Counted from the first letter of the whole stretch, positions 35,122 through 49,598 are shown. The stretch is 57,165 bases of DNA, filler included, from Sphacelaria rigidula (GCA_964200075.2; 6 parts of 6 records of this genome joined end to end with filler, not necessarily neighbours in it); one strand, 5' to 3'. Numbers and translations are program-made. The notes: generated from the sequence alone by a model not told the origin.

Positions 35122-38078
35122 GTTTTGTACTTGCCATGAAAACACGACACCACTCGTGCAATAAACAGCAAAAAAGGAACCCACGCGCACACCGGCCCAT
35201 GTACACAACGACCGACTTGAGTGCCAAGCGAGAACATCATCGAAGCACAAACAGCGCTCAAAAACATACAAATGGGTTATGGGCTGTTTCGTTGCCTGGG
35301 CACACCATATGCTCTAATCTCACAGCGTAACACATGGAAACGCAATATTGTTTTCTCGTTACATTCGATTTCAGAAGTGGACATGATGGCGCCTCACCCC
35401 GATCAGCCCCGCGTAACGACCACTGGTGACTCGAAGCTTGGCGCCCGTGGACACGTCGATCGGTAATATCGACTGGGATTCTGCGCCCGGCCACGCTTTA
35501 GCTCCGGCAAAGTCGACATCGCCATGCTGTTGATAGGCCGAGAAGCGAAGGGCAGTTAGTGCGCGTGAGCAATGTATCGAAGCACTTGAGACAATATGGG
35601 CCCTTGCTTTCGCGTACTACTCGCGCTCTACAGTTTGATTGGGAGGCACTTTCTGGCTGAACTCTTCTTGAAACCATGACCGCAATCGTTCCGCCAACAC
35701 TCTTCCTCGTTTGCACAAGCTAACTTTATTGGCACTGGGCCCACAGATATGTACAAGAATTATGGGTGGAAAGGTTTCTCGACCAATCAGTGTCTTGAAA
35801 TACACCAAAAGTAGCTTTGATTGGTCCACACATTGCGCCGCTGCGACACAGACAGCTTCTACCGGCGATTAATGAGGACACAGCAGCTCCGTGCTGGCAA
35901 ATTTTGTTTGTCCCAACCTGCACGCACCCGCCTGGCGTGTCTTTCCCGATCGCAGCACCCGACTATAAATGAAGTACCAGAGAAGACTCAACAGACAGCT
36001 GTACAGCTGTCACGTGACGATTGGTTCAACCTTTTTTTGTTTCGACAGCACCATACTCCCACCCCAATTCTGTACAAGTGTTCAGGCACTCTCCAGTGCA
36101 CATCGCACCGTGATCGCCGTAAGGTGTTTAGATTCCCAACAGCACAGCGAGAACTACAGCATAGAAATGATGGGTTTGGGGAGCGCCTTATTCCTTTGAC
36201 TCGAGACGAAACAGCCAACACACCATGAACGTTTCAACCGTGTGTAGAGAGCACTGCGTGCCGACAACATTATTTTTCATAGACACGAACGGAATGTCAA
36301 TATAAAGCAACTCAGGCACTCCCAGCGGATATCAAAGCGTCTCCACAAAGGCCTGAAGACGCCACAGCGCAGCGACAGCTACAGCACACAAGACAGAGCA
36401 TGCATGTGTTTGTGCTGCAGCGCAGTGGTACAGGACATGTCCCATTCGATAGTTTTTTCCCTGATTTCGGGTGGGTCCTCGATTTTTGCCCAGTGGCGAT
36501 TTTCAAACGCTCGGCCATAATTGCGCTTCGCGCGAAGATATTTCAGTTCACTTTGAGTTACCCTTATCTGTGGGAGGTGAGCCGATTTTTACTACTCGCA
36601 CTCTATGGTTTGATTGGGAGGCATTTTCTTTCTAACCTCTTCTTGAAACGGTGACCGCAATCGTTCCGCCCACACTTTTCGTCGTTTGCACAAACTAACT
36701 CTCTTTGCAGCTGAAATATCCCCCAAGAAGCTTCCGATAGGCCCTCAGGTAAAAGACCATACAAAAAAGCAAGTTCGTGGGAGCCGGCTGTGACCCAGGG
36801 ATCTGGAGTCTGCATTATCAGGGAGGAATTCTGAACCGACTTCGCAGAAAAGGAGAGGCAATGCAATTTGCTCCCTATTTTATTTCCCATGTTTCCGCTT
36901 TCTCGATTTTCTCTAGTCTTGTTCCGTGTATTTGTTTTGGGTGCGTCTATCCTGTGGCTACGGCTGGATTCGTGAATGATCGGTGAATAAGCGACGATCA
37001 ACCAACCAATCAAAACAATTTGGGGGCAGACGCATCAGCGAAAAAAGGAGATATCGCGAGCCGGTCACGTCCACATCGTCATGCGCAACCAGCTGTTTGT
37101 TTATCTTGGTGGGGAAGCATTGTTTGTAGCAATGATGTGCAAAAGTGTTGTCAACGCCGATTCGTGAACGTGCTTGGGTGTGCAGTACCTGATCGGGCTG
37201 GAAGGAAACACGAGTCTTCCTGTCGAATGATCGCTCGTCGTCCTCCCTGCCGCGGCCTTCACTCTGCGCATGTTACCGCGCGATTCACCCAAAAGGGGTA
37301 AAAGACGATGCCGACGACGAGGCAAAAGGTTGTTAGTGTTGATTCATTTACACATGCCAACGCTTTCCCCTCACATAGTAGTGTTCGCTCCAGATATCCC
37401 CAAGGTGCGCCGGGTGCAGTCGTCTTATTCCATCATACCTATCCTGGACAATATGCGTACCTGCGTGCCTTACAAGGGCTACTGCTGGAGTGTCCTCAGC
37501 ACCGTTGTAGTCAAAGGATGCGATCAGTCAATATGCAGCATAGTGAGATGACGTGGAACGAGAGAGAGTGGAGTTGATTGCCGGTTTGCTGTTCTGCCAC
37601 CTCCGGTACGAACCAGCATAGTTGCAGGAGTCTATCGCTCTTATAAAGTTTCCTGTATTACTTAGAGACACCCGTAATCTTGGCACCGTCGGCGTTCTAT
37701 CGCGATTGGCTGGGTAGAATGACGTAAATGCCGTGCCTCGTGACAGACGTTGAAAAGCATGTCAAAATTTGGCTCGGAATCCGCAGTGGACATCATTTTA
37801 GTAGTGACTGCACCAGGGCGTCTACGTTCCGTACAGCCGACATCAGGTGTCAAAATCTCGGGCACCACGAGGTCTTTTTAGACACGGAAACAATGCACCG
37901 AAGGTGCGCAGGTAATCTATAAATCCAGAGCGAGTCGATGCGAAACCTTTGACGGGATTACGCCTTTGCCGTCAATGAATCGAGGTGCCAAGAGGTGGAC
38001 AATCTTCAACATATACTTCCTCTGTCCCATAAGCAAAGTCCGTTATGGGCTTTTAATCGTTTGTGCATTCAAACTCTT

Positions 38079-38178
38079 NNNNNNNNNNNNNNNNNNNNNN
38101 NNNNNNNNNNNNNNNNNNNNNNTTAATTAATTAANNNNNNNNNNNNNNNNNNNNNNNNNNNNNNNNNNNNNNNNNNNN
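38079..38178. other. Artificial scaffold linker
   Basis: N44-TTAATTAATTAA-N44. Confidence 0.98.
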
Positions 38179-38509
38179 CTCCGTCCCAGCATTGTAGGGA
38201 TGCGAGGTCAATGGTCTGATGACTATGACGTGCATGATCATGAGTACACCTCAATCAGTCTACTATCAAGTGAATTTGCTCGCCTATGCTCAGTTCAAGT
38301 AGATTGTCTCAGTTATTCTGAGATCAAGTGATATGAATCACCCGTCCTCATCTGAAATAACTTACCTCGCCAACGCTAAGACCAAGGAACTCTCGTTCGT
38401 ATAGGAACTATTGTGAACTAGCTTAGATAGGCTTAACTATACCCCCCTGCAGTGTCGAAAATGAAAAGAAATGGAGTGAGGGTTTAGCCCAATTTGTTTC
38501 ACTGCCCTT

Positions 38510-38785
38510 TTAAGTACCGATTTGAAGATCTCAGAGAACGTACAGCACCTGTCGGCTGGAGTATGGATGTTATACAGAGCTTGAAGAATCTGCCGGGTAG
38601 GGTATGGGATGTTGCACAGAAACCTGTACCCGCGCCGGGGTATTTTCAAAGCTATACCATAACCCCGGGTGAGGGTAAACGTTCTGCACAGAACTTACAG
38701 GACTGTCGGGTACGGGTATGGACGCTGTGTAGAAACCCGTACCCTCCGCCAGGTATTTTTACAAGGGTACGAAACTTCGGATGAA
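38510..38785. repeat. Degenerate repeat array (cgggta(g/c)ggtatgg...acagaa...gtaccc units)
   Basis: Two to three imperfect ~110-bp units. Confidence 0.55.
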
Positions 38786-41700
38786 GCCTTACCGCCAACG
38801 GGCAAACGGAAATTATTTCGTATCACGCGTTTGTTGTACACAAAGACAGACGAGCGAACATTCATCACATGTACGCGGAGTTGTATAGATACGGTCCAAG
38901 TGCCGCTTAACACCATAATGGTTACTGTCACGCCATTCGGTCGGTAAATCACCGCCAGTTCGGACGTGAAGGCGCATATCTCGTTCCAATACGCGCATCA
39001 ACAGATCAATCCGAGGAAACCACCTTCACATCACCACACCACCGACGAACATCGCCGACGTCTACATGAGACATTAACGATTTTTGCCCGATCGGCGACG
39101 AAAGTGCTACCATTATCATCACACGACTGCTACGAAGCTGAGTTCACAGTTGCAATATGCCGCAACTGTGTAGCAGCCGCTGATCCTGTGAGATTACGCA
39201 ATTGCGTAACCAAATCCTTCCATACTGAATAACCATCCGAAATTCCATCACGATTCCTCATGTCCAACATAGCAGGATTAAGGTGACCCATGGAACCGGG
39301 AATCGAATACCATGATCACAACCTCCCGCATGCTATCCTACGACGTCGAGCGCTAGCTTTCGCAACCCAACCCTGTCCGGGCGCCGGCGTGACCCCACCA
39401 AAATCTCCTGTGTTGGTCCCGCTGCGAAGCGAAGCCGTCCCCCTATCTCGACCGGCCACCAGGCGCCGCCGTCCCGCTTCCACCAGAGAATCCTCCGGCT
39501 TCACCACCACTGCTGCCGCCGCCATCGGTGGCTGAGCTTTCGGAATTTCTCCCCCGCGGTGATGCAGCTCGCGAGAGCACGGAGGATCTGCTACTGCCCT
39601 GACCAGCTGAAGCGGGGGGCACCGCCCCGATCGATCTCGTTCTGCTTGTCTCGCCTGCACCGTCGTTACTATTCCCCCTTACTGCTACACCACTGCCGCC
39701 TCCGGCTGCTTGAGCATCGTGGGTGGAACGGCAACCATCGCCGAAACGGCAGAGTTCATAATCAGAAACAGTGCTAGGTCAACCTGATTCGATTAGACGG
39801 CGAGGTTCGCCCATCCAAGGAACCCGGTGTGCTCGTGAACCGCTACGGCGAGGCTAGCCTTACTCCCTCCACCGCAGACCGTGGCGCAGCCGCCGCCCTC
39901 CGCACGGCTTCTTTTCGGCGCATTAACGTACCCTGCCCGCGCCATCCTTACGTTGTCACTCCTAGTCTAGCGTAGCTGCGAAAAAACGCGGGGACCCGTG
40001 AGAAGGGCGAAACGGCAGCCTGTAGTGGCGGGAAGGACCCGTGGAATATAAGCAGTGCGTTGGGTCGAGATGTCCGATCACTTGCCAAGGTCTGAATTAT
40101 TGATGTGAGTCATGGTGTTGGTGGCCGCTGGTTGAGTCATCATGCCGAAACTGGCGTGTGTGCTCGACCGAAAATCGGTATTCATTGTTGCAACGGCCGC
40201 GTGCAGCACCGATACCCGCCCGGCGCACAGCACATCCTCTGCATCAGACGAATTCATAATCCTCGATCTCAACAACCGCCCGAACGCTTATCTCAGCAGT
40301 CCCAAAGGGCCAGGCAGACGATTGTTTTCCACTCGCCACGGTGCCGGCTGCGCCGCGTGGCATGATATGCGCAACGTCGATCAGACACCGCCTTAAACAT
40401 AGCATCCGCCTTCGGCGAGACATACAGCAGCGCACCAAGTGCTCTCTGCAATTTACCTCGGGTAAATGACTGCGCTGGGGGTTTACCAGAGAGAAGCCAC
40501 CACTTATACGTGGGGTGTCGTGCCAAAACTGCATCCTTTCCCTCAACTCACATTTCCGCCCTTGCGTAGCCTCAGCTCATGACGCCGATGGAATCATCGA
40601 CTCCCACGGCTTCAATGGCATCACTCTCATTTTTCCTCCGACACCTCTAGCCGCGCTCTCTGATAGCCAGCTCACGTTCCCAACTAGCCAACCTGATATG
40701 CACCTCACAGGAGGAGTATGTGCTCAACCACCGGTGATTGTAGGAGCCTACGGCCAATGCTGCGAACCAGTGAGGCCAAGGATGAGGCACATTGCCGTCC
40801 CAACCGGCCGATACCATCGGTGATGCACTCAATGGACCCAATGCTACGTTGCCGTGAACCTCGGACCATTCGGCGAGACTTCCATAGCCGGCCGCGGCTG
40901 TAGAGCCTGACCCCGGCATTCATCTTGAGATCGGCATACTCGACTATATGACGGTTGGACGGCTATATTTGATGCGGTGCTCCACTTGAAGCAGCCCATG
41001 TCGATGCCTACCCCACCGGTCTATCCAGTCGATGTGTTCGGCCACACGACAGCCGGGCTGCTCCGCAATAGCATAGAGCCCTCAGCCATGCCTGCAGTAG
41101 CCCTGGTCATGCCGGCCGCGGCTTGAGCAACAACGTGATAATCATCTATGGCTATACCGTGAGCATCGTCGACGCTTACGCAGTTGTGGGACTGGCACGG
41201 CTGCGGCTCTGCAGTAACCAACTCCGGTGGATCAATAGCCCGACCGTCGGTGCTAAGTGTGAGACTGGAGATCTGGCGCAACTTCTCCCCCACACGCTGC
41301 ACCATGTCGTCAGCACGCTTGCCTTGCCGAATCCGGGTGGTTCTCCGCGAAACGTACCGATGAAGACGGTGGTACAGACGACGAATCACCGGCAAAACCA
41401 CCTCCATCCATTGGGTCCCCGGCTATGGAGACAGGCACACGGTGGGGCGTCGACTGCTTGCTTTTATTTTTGTTTCTACCGGCATCGGCCGAGACTGAGG
41501 CTCCATCGGTATCAAACCGGCTCTTCCCCACTCTAGAACGGTTTGAACAACGAAACAACGATGCAGTAGTTTCACGCGGAAACAAGCCGCAGTGGCATGG
41601 TAACCACACCACAACCATCTCCATCGTCACCGCCTTTGATCTGATTCTTCACCCGATAATACTACTACCTTCCGCCATGTACCATATCTCGGAAACGCTC

Positions 41701-44700
41701 GTCCCTACCCTCTGAGCTAATGTCCTCTTGTCACACTGCGCTGAAATAAGCTTGCGCCATCCACCATACCTCCCAGTCAATTAACAGCGCTTTGGAACGA
41801 TACGTCATGTTTTGGAACACCCACATTATTTCACAGTTCAACCGACCGGAAGTTCCCAGGATCCTCCCGCTTCTGCACAACACGACGATCCCTGTGCAAG
41901 ACGGAATCGATTAGTGTGATTCTAGACGGTTTGGAGCCCACGTCCACACTCCACTCCCCATCACACCGTGTCATACCAGCAGCGCAAAAGCCCAAAAGCA
42001 TCACCGTCACCATCAACAACAGCAAACATCAGATCTACATGCAATACGGACATGGTGTGCACAGTATAGGGACTGCGGGGGCCTCTGAGTGCACGAAACA
42101 AGCAGTACAGTGCCGAGTTTCGGGTGTGCTCACTTTCTAATTCGGACATGGAAGCGAAGAACGCAATGTGGAAAAAAATCATGCACGTTTCCAAACTTTC
42201 AAAAGTGGGAAATACGAATGTAACTCGTAAAAAACGGCAGTATTGTTTTTTGTCGCGTCGTTATGAACGACCCTCAGACCGGTCGGAGGAATGAGCACGG
42301 GAAAAAACACCCCCGAGTTGTGACATCCTACATGATCCCTCCAAAATTCTAATTGCTGCCATACATGAGCTGTGGTAGTGATCACAAAAGGAGCGCGTTG
42401 CACGGTTTATTCCCCAACACCGATATATTCGAGCTGAACAAGAGCGAGGCAGAAAGACATGAATATATTTATACGCCGAGGGCGCTGAAGGTGATGCAAA
42501 CGTACCCCTTCGGGCATGCAGCGTTTGGCACAAACCCCCAAAAATTTAATCTTGTCCACACCACCAAAAGTTCACGGTATCGAACTCAGAAACTGATATG
42601 ACAAGGTACCACGCTCCTTGATGGTATAGCTTGACCACCACAGCTGAAGCTACATCACCGAGTGTGAGGGTGTGTGGTGAGCTGACGCTTACCATCTTAC
42701 GCCCTTTGGAAATCTCTCCTGCGACCAGGAAAAGCATTGTTTCGGAGAACCCTCAAGGGACACATGCTTTTTCGTATCGCCATTACCAACGGCAACTGCA
42801 ACGCAGGTGCTTTGAAATTCGACGACGGGAAACGCACCCGCAGGTGCAAAGTTGAGAGGGTGTTATACACCTTCACTCGGGCAATGCCGACAAAAACGCG
42901 GTACATCCTCACCAGGTTTTCTGATAAACAGGTGTGTTATCCACGTGTCTCCGTTTAGACGTACGCCATTTTTGCATTTTGTATTATTCTTCGGAGAAAC
43001 ACCTTGTACTGTGTCACGTGCCGCTCCACCGTCCTACGCTATGCTCGTGTCCTGCTCCATGCAAGCAGTTTCACCCTCAGTATTTGGCTAACCATCAACC
43101 CGTTACACGCCGCGTCAATCACTTCACTAAACCTAGATTATGGTCACATGAAACTGCACGGCCTCCTTACCTGAAGTCATGCGGCCGGGATCTGTCGAGG
43201 GTTCATTTACTCGGGACCGATGCCACATCATAGCCTGGATTTTTCCTTGTTCTCCTCATTTATTTATTTGTACTTCATCGGTTTTCTTCTCCCTCCTTTC
43301 TCGCTTCAGCGTGCATGCTCTATTCTTCTCTTTTTCCCTCCATATTTCCCCTTTCTCGAGTTTTACTTTCCGAGTTTCTCCGTTAAGTTACCTTGGGGGA
43401 CGGCTACCTTGTGATTACAGCTGAATTTGTAACGGATTAGATAGGGTCAAGATCTCTCGAGGCGTTATGTAGATCTTGGAGAAAAATTGATCCACGTGTT
43501 TCTCACGGAAGAACATGCACTTGTCCGTACTGGTACTTGAGAATATCATCCAATTTCACCGATATTGGGGGGTCCCCGACCGATATCCACCGATCTGGGG
43601 GGATGGGGTCCTATTAATTCCCTGAAACCGAGCGGAACTCAAGAGGGCTACTCACGGACAACACAGGATTTTAGTCAAGAACACGCATGAAATGCTTCTG
43701 CTGAGGACCGGAGTAACCACTGAGCTTTCAGACAGTGTGAGTGATAGCCCAATGGTTATGGTGAGACACTTTCTACGATAGCCCCCCCTAAAAAAGTGGC
43801 TGGTTTGAGGAAACAAAATCTTGACGTAAATCGAAATGGAAAAAGCCAAGCACAACGAGCGGCTGGGGATTCCCACGCTTGGGTTAGTTCTCGCTGATGT
43901 TGCCCACATGAGGCGCTTCATGTGGCCTGAACCCAAACATCAGGCGCTGTATGGCCATTTTTTTCTAGACACTTCTGGACTGTTTTTTTTTTGGGGGGGG
44001 AGCTATCGTAGAAAGTGTCGTGACTTGCAACAAAAAATCATCCCGAGGGTTCACTCAGCTGGTAGGCTATAGCACCGCCATTTTCATGTGAGGGTTCTCA
44101 CCCCTATATCCAGCGGTGCTCTTGGCCTTGGAACTCTCAACCAAGTGCTAAACAAGCTTTCGTGTGCTTATTCTTGCAATATTTTTTGCTTACGGTGATA
44201 GTAACCGTGATGCATGTACAGTGTGACAGGTGTATCACTGTTTTCTTTTTACAACAAAGGAACCGGCCAAGAATGTCCGTGAAGAGGAACGGACCCCGGG
44301 ACTATCTTTGTTAGAACTCACAAGAGTCACTGAGCTATCAGTCAGCGGTGACAAATAGCTCAGTGGTTGTTGTAAGTTCAAACAACTTCGTCTCCAAAAT
44401 AGTGAACGTCCGGTGAGAAATGGAGTAGAGTTGAAACTATTGCGAGAACAAACGTCTTTGAGGTTGATTCGCGAGCCCCCCATCACTCACATTCCATCAA
44501 TTTCTCCCGTCAGTTTTGAAGTTTTAGAAGATGAAATTCCACATTCGTGTTGCTAAAGGTGACCCCGAGGCCGTCGGCGCTTGAGTATATCTGACTTCGC
44601 TCGGTTTCACAGGTTTTCTGGGATCCTAGGCCCTTGCCATTTGCCGCTGATGTAAAATGTCTGTCTGAACGGTGCGACAGCAGCAGGGTACCGAGTAATG

Positions 44701-45321
44701 TGGTGAAGATTATGCGAGATGAGGAGCAACATGACACCATGACGGAGGTGAGCTAGCACCTTGTTGAATACACCAAGAGTACTCACTTCGCAAGACAGAG
44801 AGTATGCTGTTTGAGTCCCAACGGACTCCTCCCCGTCCCCGATCATCCTTGGATTGATTCCAAGATATCACACACGTTGCAATCATCACACCTGCATCTT
44901 CGAATCTTTCTCGAGACATTTTGCGCCTTCCTGCACCAAATTATATTTCCTATTGCAAGGCTAGAAGCGCGGGGCCAGAAATCCCACCCAGCGCTCATGA
45001 CTAGGTAAGACAGCTCTGCGGCCTCTAGTGGCAGTTTCAGCAGATATCACCACGCATATTCTTTTCTATACGCCCTTGTCGAAGATTCGTGGGTTTTTTC
45101 ATGTTCACGAGTTTTGGAGAGACACGGCAAAGGTGATGATACAACTCAACATCACGCGGTTCTGATCAATAGAGCGCAACTACACGCCATAACAACAACG
45201 TTGAACGCATGGAGTAGACAAAGTGGTGCCACTTTTCCCGTCACCCAGCGACCCGCACGCATATCCTGGACAGTTTGGCAGTAATAGTATCTACTATAGG
45301 CTAACTCTAAAACGCACTACA

Positions 45322-45389
45322 CCAGCAACAGCAACAGCAACAGCAATAATAGCAGCAGCAGCAGCAGCAAAAGCAGCAAAAGCAACAGT

Positions 45390-45420
<31 letters not shown>

Positions 45421-45460
45421 AAAGCAACAGTAACAGCAAAAGCAACAACTAGCTACTACT
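45322..45460. repeat. (GCA)n / (GCAACA)n low-complexity repeat
   Basis: Direct reading. Confidence 0.9.
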
Positions 45461-46249
45461 ACCACGTACGGCACACTTGACAACAGTGCAGTTGATGCAT
45501 TGGTCTTTCACCAGTAAGTGTTTAATGTCTGAATTGAGAGCTATGCAAGCTGCGCGCTGGCCTGTGAAAGAAACTCTAGATCTAGTGCTTTTGCTTATAA
45601 TTGCGCTTCTCTGGGCGTTTTTTTCCAAATCCACATGACTGGTTGTTGTCGTAAATACGACAGGTATGGTACAGGTTGAAGTGGTGGCCTGAAAAAGATA
45701 CCAATATTTTGGTTTCGATATATTCGTTGCACGTTGTTATTGCGCGGAGTTATGGGTTTGCGTAAATGGAGTAAGGGGTCGTCCACAGCGCACTATACAT
45801 CTCAAATACATTAAGCGCGACAAGTAAAGTACGGTAAGAGGTTGGACGGAGCAGTGTCTTTCTGGTTGGTTAAGCTAAATACATAACGGCAAGAAGATTC
45901 CGAGGATCAACTAGTGAGCCGGTCGGAGATCATTAACTAACTCTGTTCCTAAATATCAAGAGCTGCAGCTCCTGTAAGTGATTCACGGGAAATCGGAGAG
46001 AGTCGGGGGTGCTGGTTCGGAGTGGGTTGTGTACTGAATAAATTGTAGCCCTTGTGCGATGCTGACCTGTAGATAAGTACCGGGATGTGGGCGCTTCACG
46101 CCTCAGAATAATCCATAGCCCGACCTACAAAACACATCGAAGATCGTGCTCGCTGTTCGTAATAATCGCATCAAAAGTACGGTGAAACCTCTCAACGTAA
46201 CAAGTCTGTCTGCCGAAGGTATGAGCCTCGAAAGTATCGAGGCCGTTCC

Positions 46250-47425
46250 ATGCCAGCGATCAATCTGAACGTGGTTTCGTGGATAAGTATGGGAGAGCTG
46301 GGAACCTGTAGGTTGGAGCTCGTCGCGTACGCCAGAGTAGAGGGGCTTAATCCCTCGCTGAACGTAAACTTCGCCACCCCGTCGCGACCGACCATCACAG
46401 CCTCAGCCCAGGAACACCAAGTCTATGAGGCGTACGTGAGGCGTTCACAATCACTGTAGTGCCTACTTGCACAATTTACGCGCGAGTCTGCGGCCGCGAT
46501 TTTGGAGCACTATGAGAACCCTGGCTCCCCAGACGGCCGGGGGGCATGATTAGAACTAGAACACATGTATGGCGGATAGGCGCAGGATGCTCGGCCCGTT
46601 TAGCTACTCTTACTACAGGTAAGAAAGGCCATAAGACCTCCTTTGTACGGCAGCAGAGAAGACGACCGACGTCATTATCAATCTCGAGCGTACCTGGTCG
46701 GAATTCGAGACCCTAGGAATGGCGGAGCGTGAGGCGACCAAGAAGGCGATCCTTCTGCTAGGGATCAAGGGTGCACCACCCTAGGTACTTGTGCAGCTTA
46801 TTGCCCAGCCCGATGCAACGTACGATCAGTTCCTCCTCGGCGTACATGTCGACTGAGCAGGAAAATTGTGCTGAGTACACAGCATTTCAGGGAAAACAAA
46901 GTATTTGTTCGTCAGACTTGACAATAGCCAGGGCCCACACATCCTCAAAATAGTTCACAGGTGGCGTGAACGCTGTTTGTGTCTAAGCGGAAGGTCACCA
47001 GTGAAGCGGCCGCAAGGTATGGCACCGGTGAGGGATTTTCCCCTCGTACAAGATGTGCACGATACAAATATCCAAACAAAAGCTCGAAGGCTATCTTACT
47101 ATGAGCGTTACAGTGTGTAAGGAGGAGGTCCTCACCAGGCTCGCAGAGACAGCCGTGGCGACGGCTGCCGACAGTACGGATAAAGATCCCATCATGTGCG
47201 GCTCCAGGGCTAACACTCAGATGACGCCTTCGTTGCATAACCTCACGGCAACGCGCACCGTAACTGCATATGTACGTTGCGGGGGAAAATGCCAACTGCG
47301 GGCATCGGCTATCGGAGACTCGGAGCTGAAGTCCACCTCGCAGGATACGTTCGTGCCGGATCCTGAATACCGCTGTCACCCGTCGCGACGGTGGAGAATA
47401 TCTGGAATTTGGAATCGAAGATGAA
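46250..47425 (+). mobile_element. Degenerate Copia-type gag-protease relic
   Basis: YEAYVRRSQSL*CLLAQFTRESAAAILEHYENPGSPDGRGA*LELEHMYGG resembles the Copia gag DGxxAWxxLxxxY motif; frameshifted IGDS(G)AEVH protease-like motif near 47310-47336. Confidence 0.6.
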
Positions 47426-47622
47426 GGCAGCTATTTTGAAGCTGCCAAGGACACCTAAAGGGTTGAACTCGTTGAGAAGATATGATTTTTGACGTTGCGT
47501 GAAAAGGCGATTCCTTGACAGACACTCGTGGGAATTTGTCCCTTCTATGTGGTGGTTCCTACATCACACCCCCCCCCCTCTTTATATTCTCTGCGCCCTG
47601 CCCCCACCCCCTTCGCGGTCAC

Positions 47623-47722
47623 NNNNNNNNNNNNNNNNNNNNNNNNNNNNNNNNNNNNNNNNNNNNTTAATTAATTAANNNNNNNNNNNNNNNNNNNNNN
47701 NNNNNNNNNNNNNNNNNNNNNN
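47623..47722. other. Artificial scaffold linker
   Basis: N44-TTAATTAATTAA-N44. Confidence 0.98.
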
Positions 47723-48083
47723 CACACCCATGGTGCGGTCCTCTGGACGATGGGATCCGCACACAGTGCGGTCCTGCAAAGAGCAGGTGAACTCAACACA
47801 ACACTGTGGAGTTCCAGCACAGTGCGGTTCAAGCCACTTGTCTCAACAGTCGAATCCGCCATACTAAAAGCAAGTTAGTGCACTACTATATTCACCAGTG
47901 AAGTGCGGAGTTCCAGCATAGTGCGTTCATGCCGAGCGGGTAACCCACCGCACAATGCTGGGACCCAGCAAAGTGCAAATATTCAGCAAAGTGTGATCAT
48001 GCTGGGCGGCCAACCGACCGCCCTAAACTTGGACCCCACGGTATATATAAATACGCATACATGAGTGTATTCTTGCAAATGTG

Positions 48084-48503
48084 CAGGGAGGGATACGTGA
48101 CACGTGACACATTTGAAAAAAAAGGAAAAAACGCAACTTTAGGCCATTTAACGCTACGTAAGGTTTGATTTTTCAGACGGGACAAATCCAACCTAACGTG
48201 ATGTAACATGTGGACCTTGAAGCAGTGTCTCTTCGTGTTTTCCAGGTGTAAAACATGCTGTTTTTGTGAACTTTTAACGTAACACGTGACACGTTACATA
48301 TTCAAGAAAACAAGCAGAGTTTTCGTCATATTTCGAAAGTAAAACGCAATGTTAGGGTTCATGCGAAGTAACACACGTTGAATCACGTTACGTTACACAT
48401 GCCCCATCCAAAAAATCAACTCTCTCGTAGCGTTAAATGACCCAAAGTTACGTGTATTCGAATGTGTCACGTCAACACGTCACGGGTCACGTATCCCTCC
48501 CTG
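48084..48503. mobile_element. hAT-type MITE
   Basis: 18-bp TIR CAGGGAGGGATACGTGAC; 8-bp TSD CAAATGTG/CAAATTTG (7/8); ACGTGAC/ACGTAAC subterminal repeats. Confidence 0.85.
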
Positions 48504-48636
48504 CAAATTTGTACCAGTGTTGACACGACCGCACTATGCTTGAATTCCAAACCCTACGGTGTACGCATACACGCATACGTTATTGTCACTGTACGCTTTG
48601 TTTTCAATGTTGAAAAAGCGAGAGCTATACACACAC

Positions 48637-48742
48637 CTTGAGCGGCGTAGCCTCGGCCAGAAGAAACGCGCTGAAGCACACCACTACGGTACACGTTATC
48701 TCGCTCAAGTGGTCCTCCAAGATGTAACCCACGAAAAACGCC
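48637..48742 (-). CDS. SOS1/NhaP-type Na+/H+ antiporter, internal exon C
   Basis: tgcag|(G)AFFVGYILEDHLSEITCTVVVCFSAFLLAEATPLK|gtgtgt; phase 2/0 matches exon B; the gene is partial at both ends. Confidence 0.9.
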
Positions 48743-49598
48743 CTGCAACATACAGGAGAGAGGGAAAAAAAAAAAAACGAACGTACACAATAATTTTTGT
48801 AGGCAACTACAAAAAAACAATGTATGGCGTGCGAAGCCTCCACACTGTGGTCCGTTCTCCATCATTTATCTCCAATACTAAATGACAGCATGAAGTGCAG
48901 TGATGATTTGATTGGCCAACTGATACCCGAACATTCAACAATTTCTCCACGAAATCCAGTCGCGGTCACAAGAATGTACCCGAGGGCAAACGAGCGGACA
49001 CACCGGCTGAATAAAGGAAGATGACACAAATTGAGTAAGCTGATAGGCAAGGTGTTTGTTGTACAACGAGTGATGAGGCCATTGTCCAAATTACCATACA
49101 TGACGGAAAAAAAAAAAGAAAAGAATGAGAACCCTACCGGTCTGTGTGATATAGCTCAACTTGTTTCCCACGATGAGACCGATCAAAAAACGGGATTAGA
49201 CGGTCAATGGACAATCCCCCACCCATGGCGAAAGACAGGGGGGAAAATATGATTTTCCGAAATTTTGAATGTACACCCCAATTTCATCAGCCTTTTGCAC
49301 CGACGAGCGGTCTCCAGAGCTTGACCCTTCCTCGCATGAAGTTCTCAATTCTTCAAACATACACACAAGTGCAAAGAAGGGACAGAAAGAAAAAAAAAAC
49401 AAACGAAACACATTAATTAAATTGAACAAAAAGAAAAGATGAGAACCAAAGAGAAAAAGGGAAGGAGAGAAAAATGAGGAGATTGAGAAAAACAAGAAAT
49501 ATGAGAAAATGAGAGAAGACGAAAAAACAGCAAAAAGGAGGAAGCAAACGCTACTACCATTACACTGTCATTATACATCCACCTTCTCATTTTCTCAC

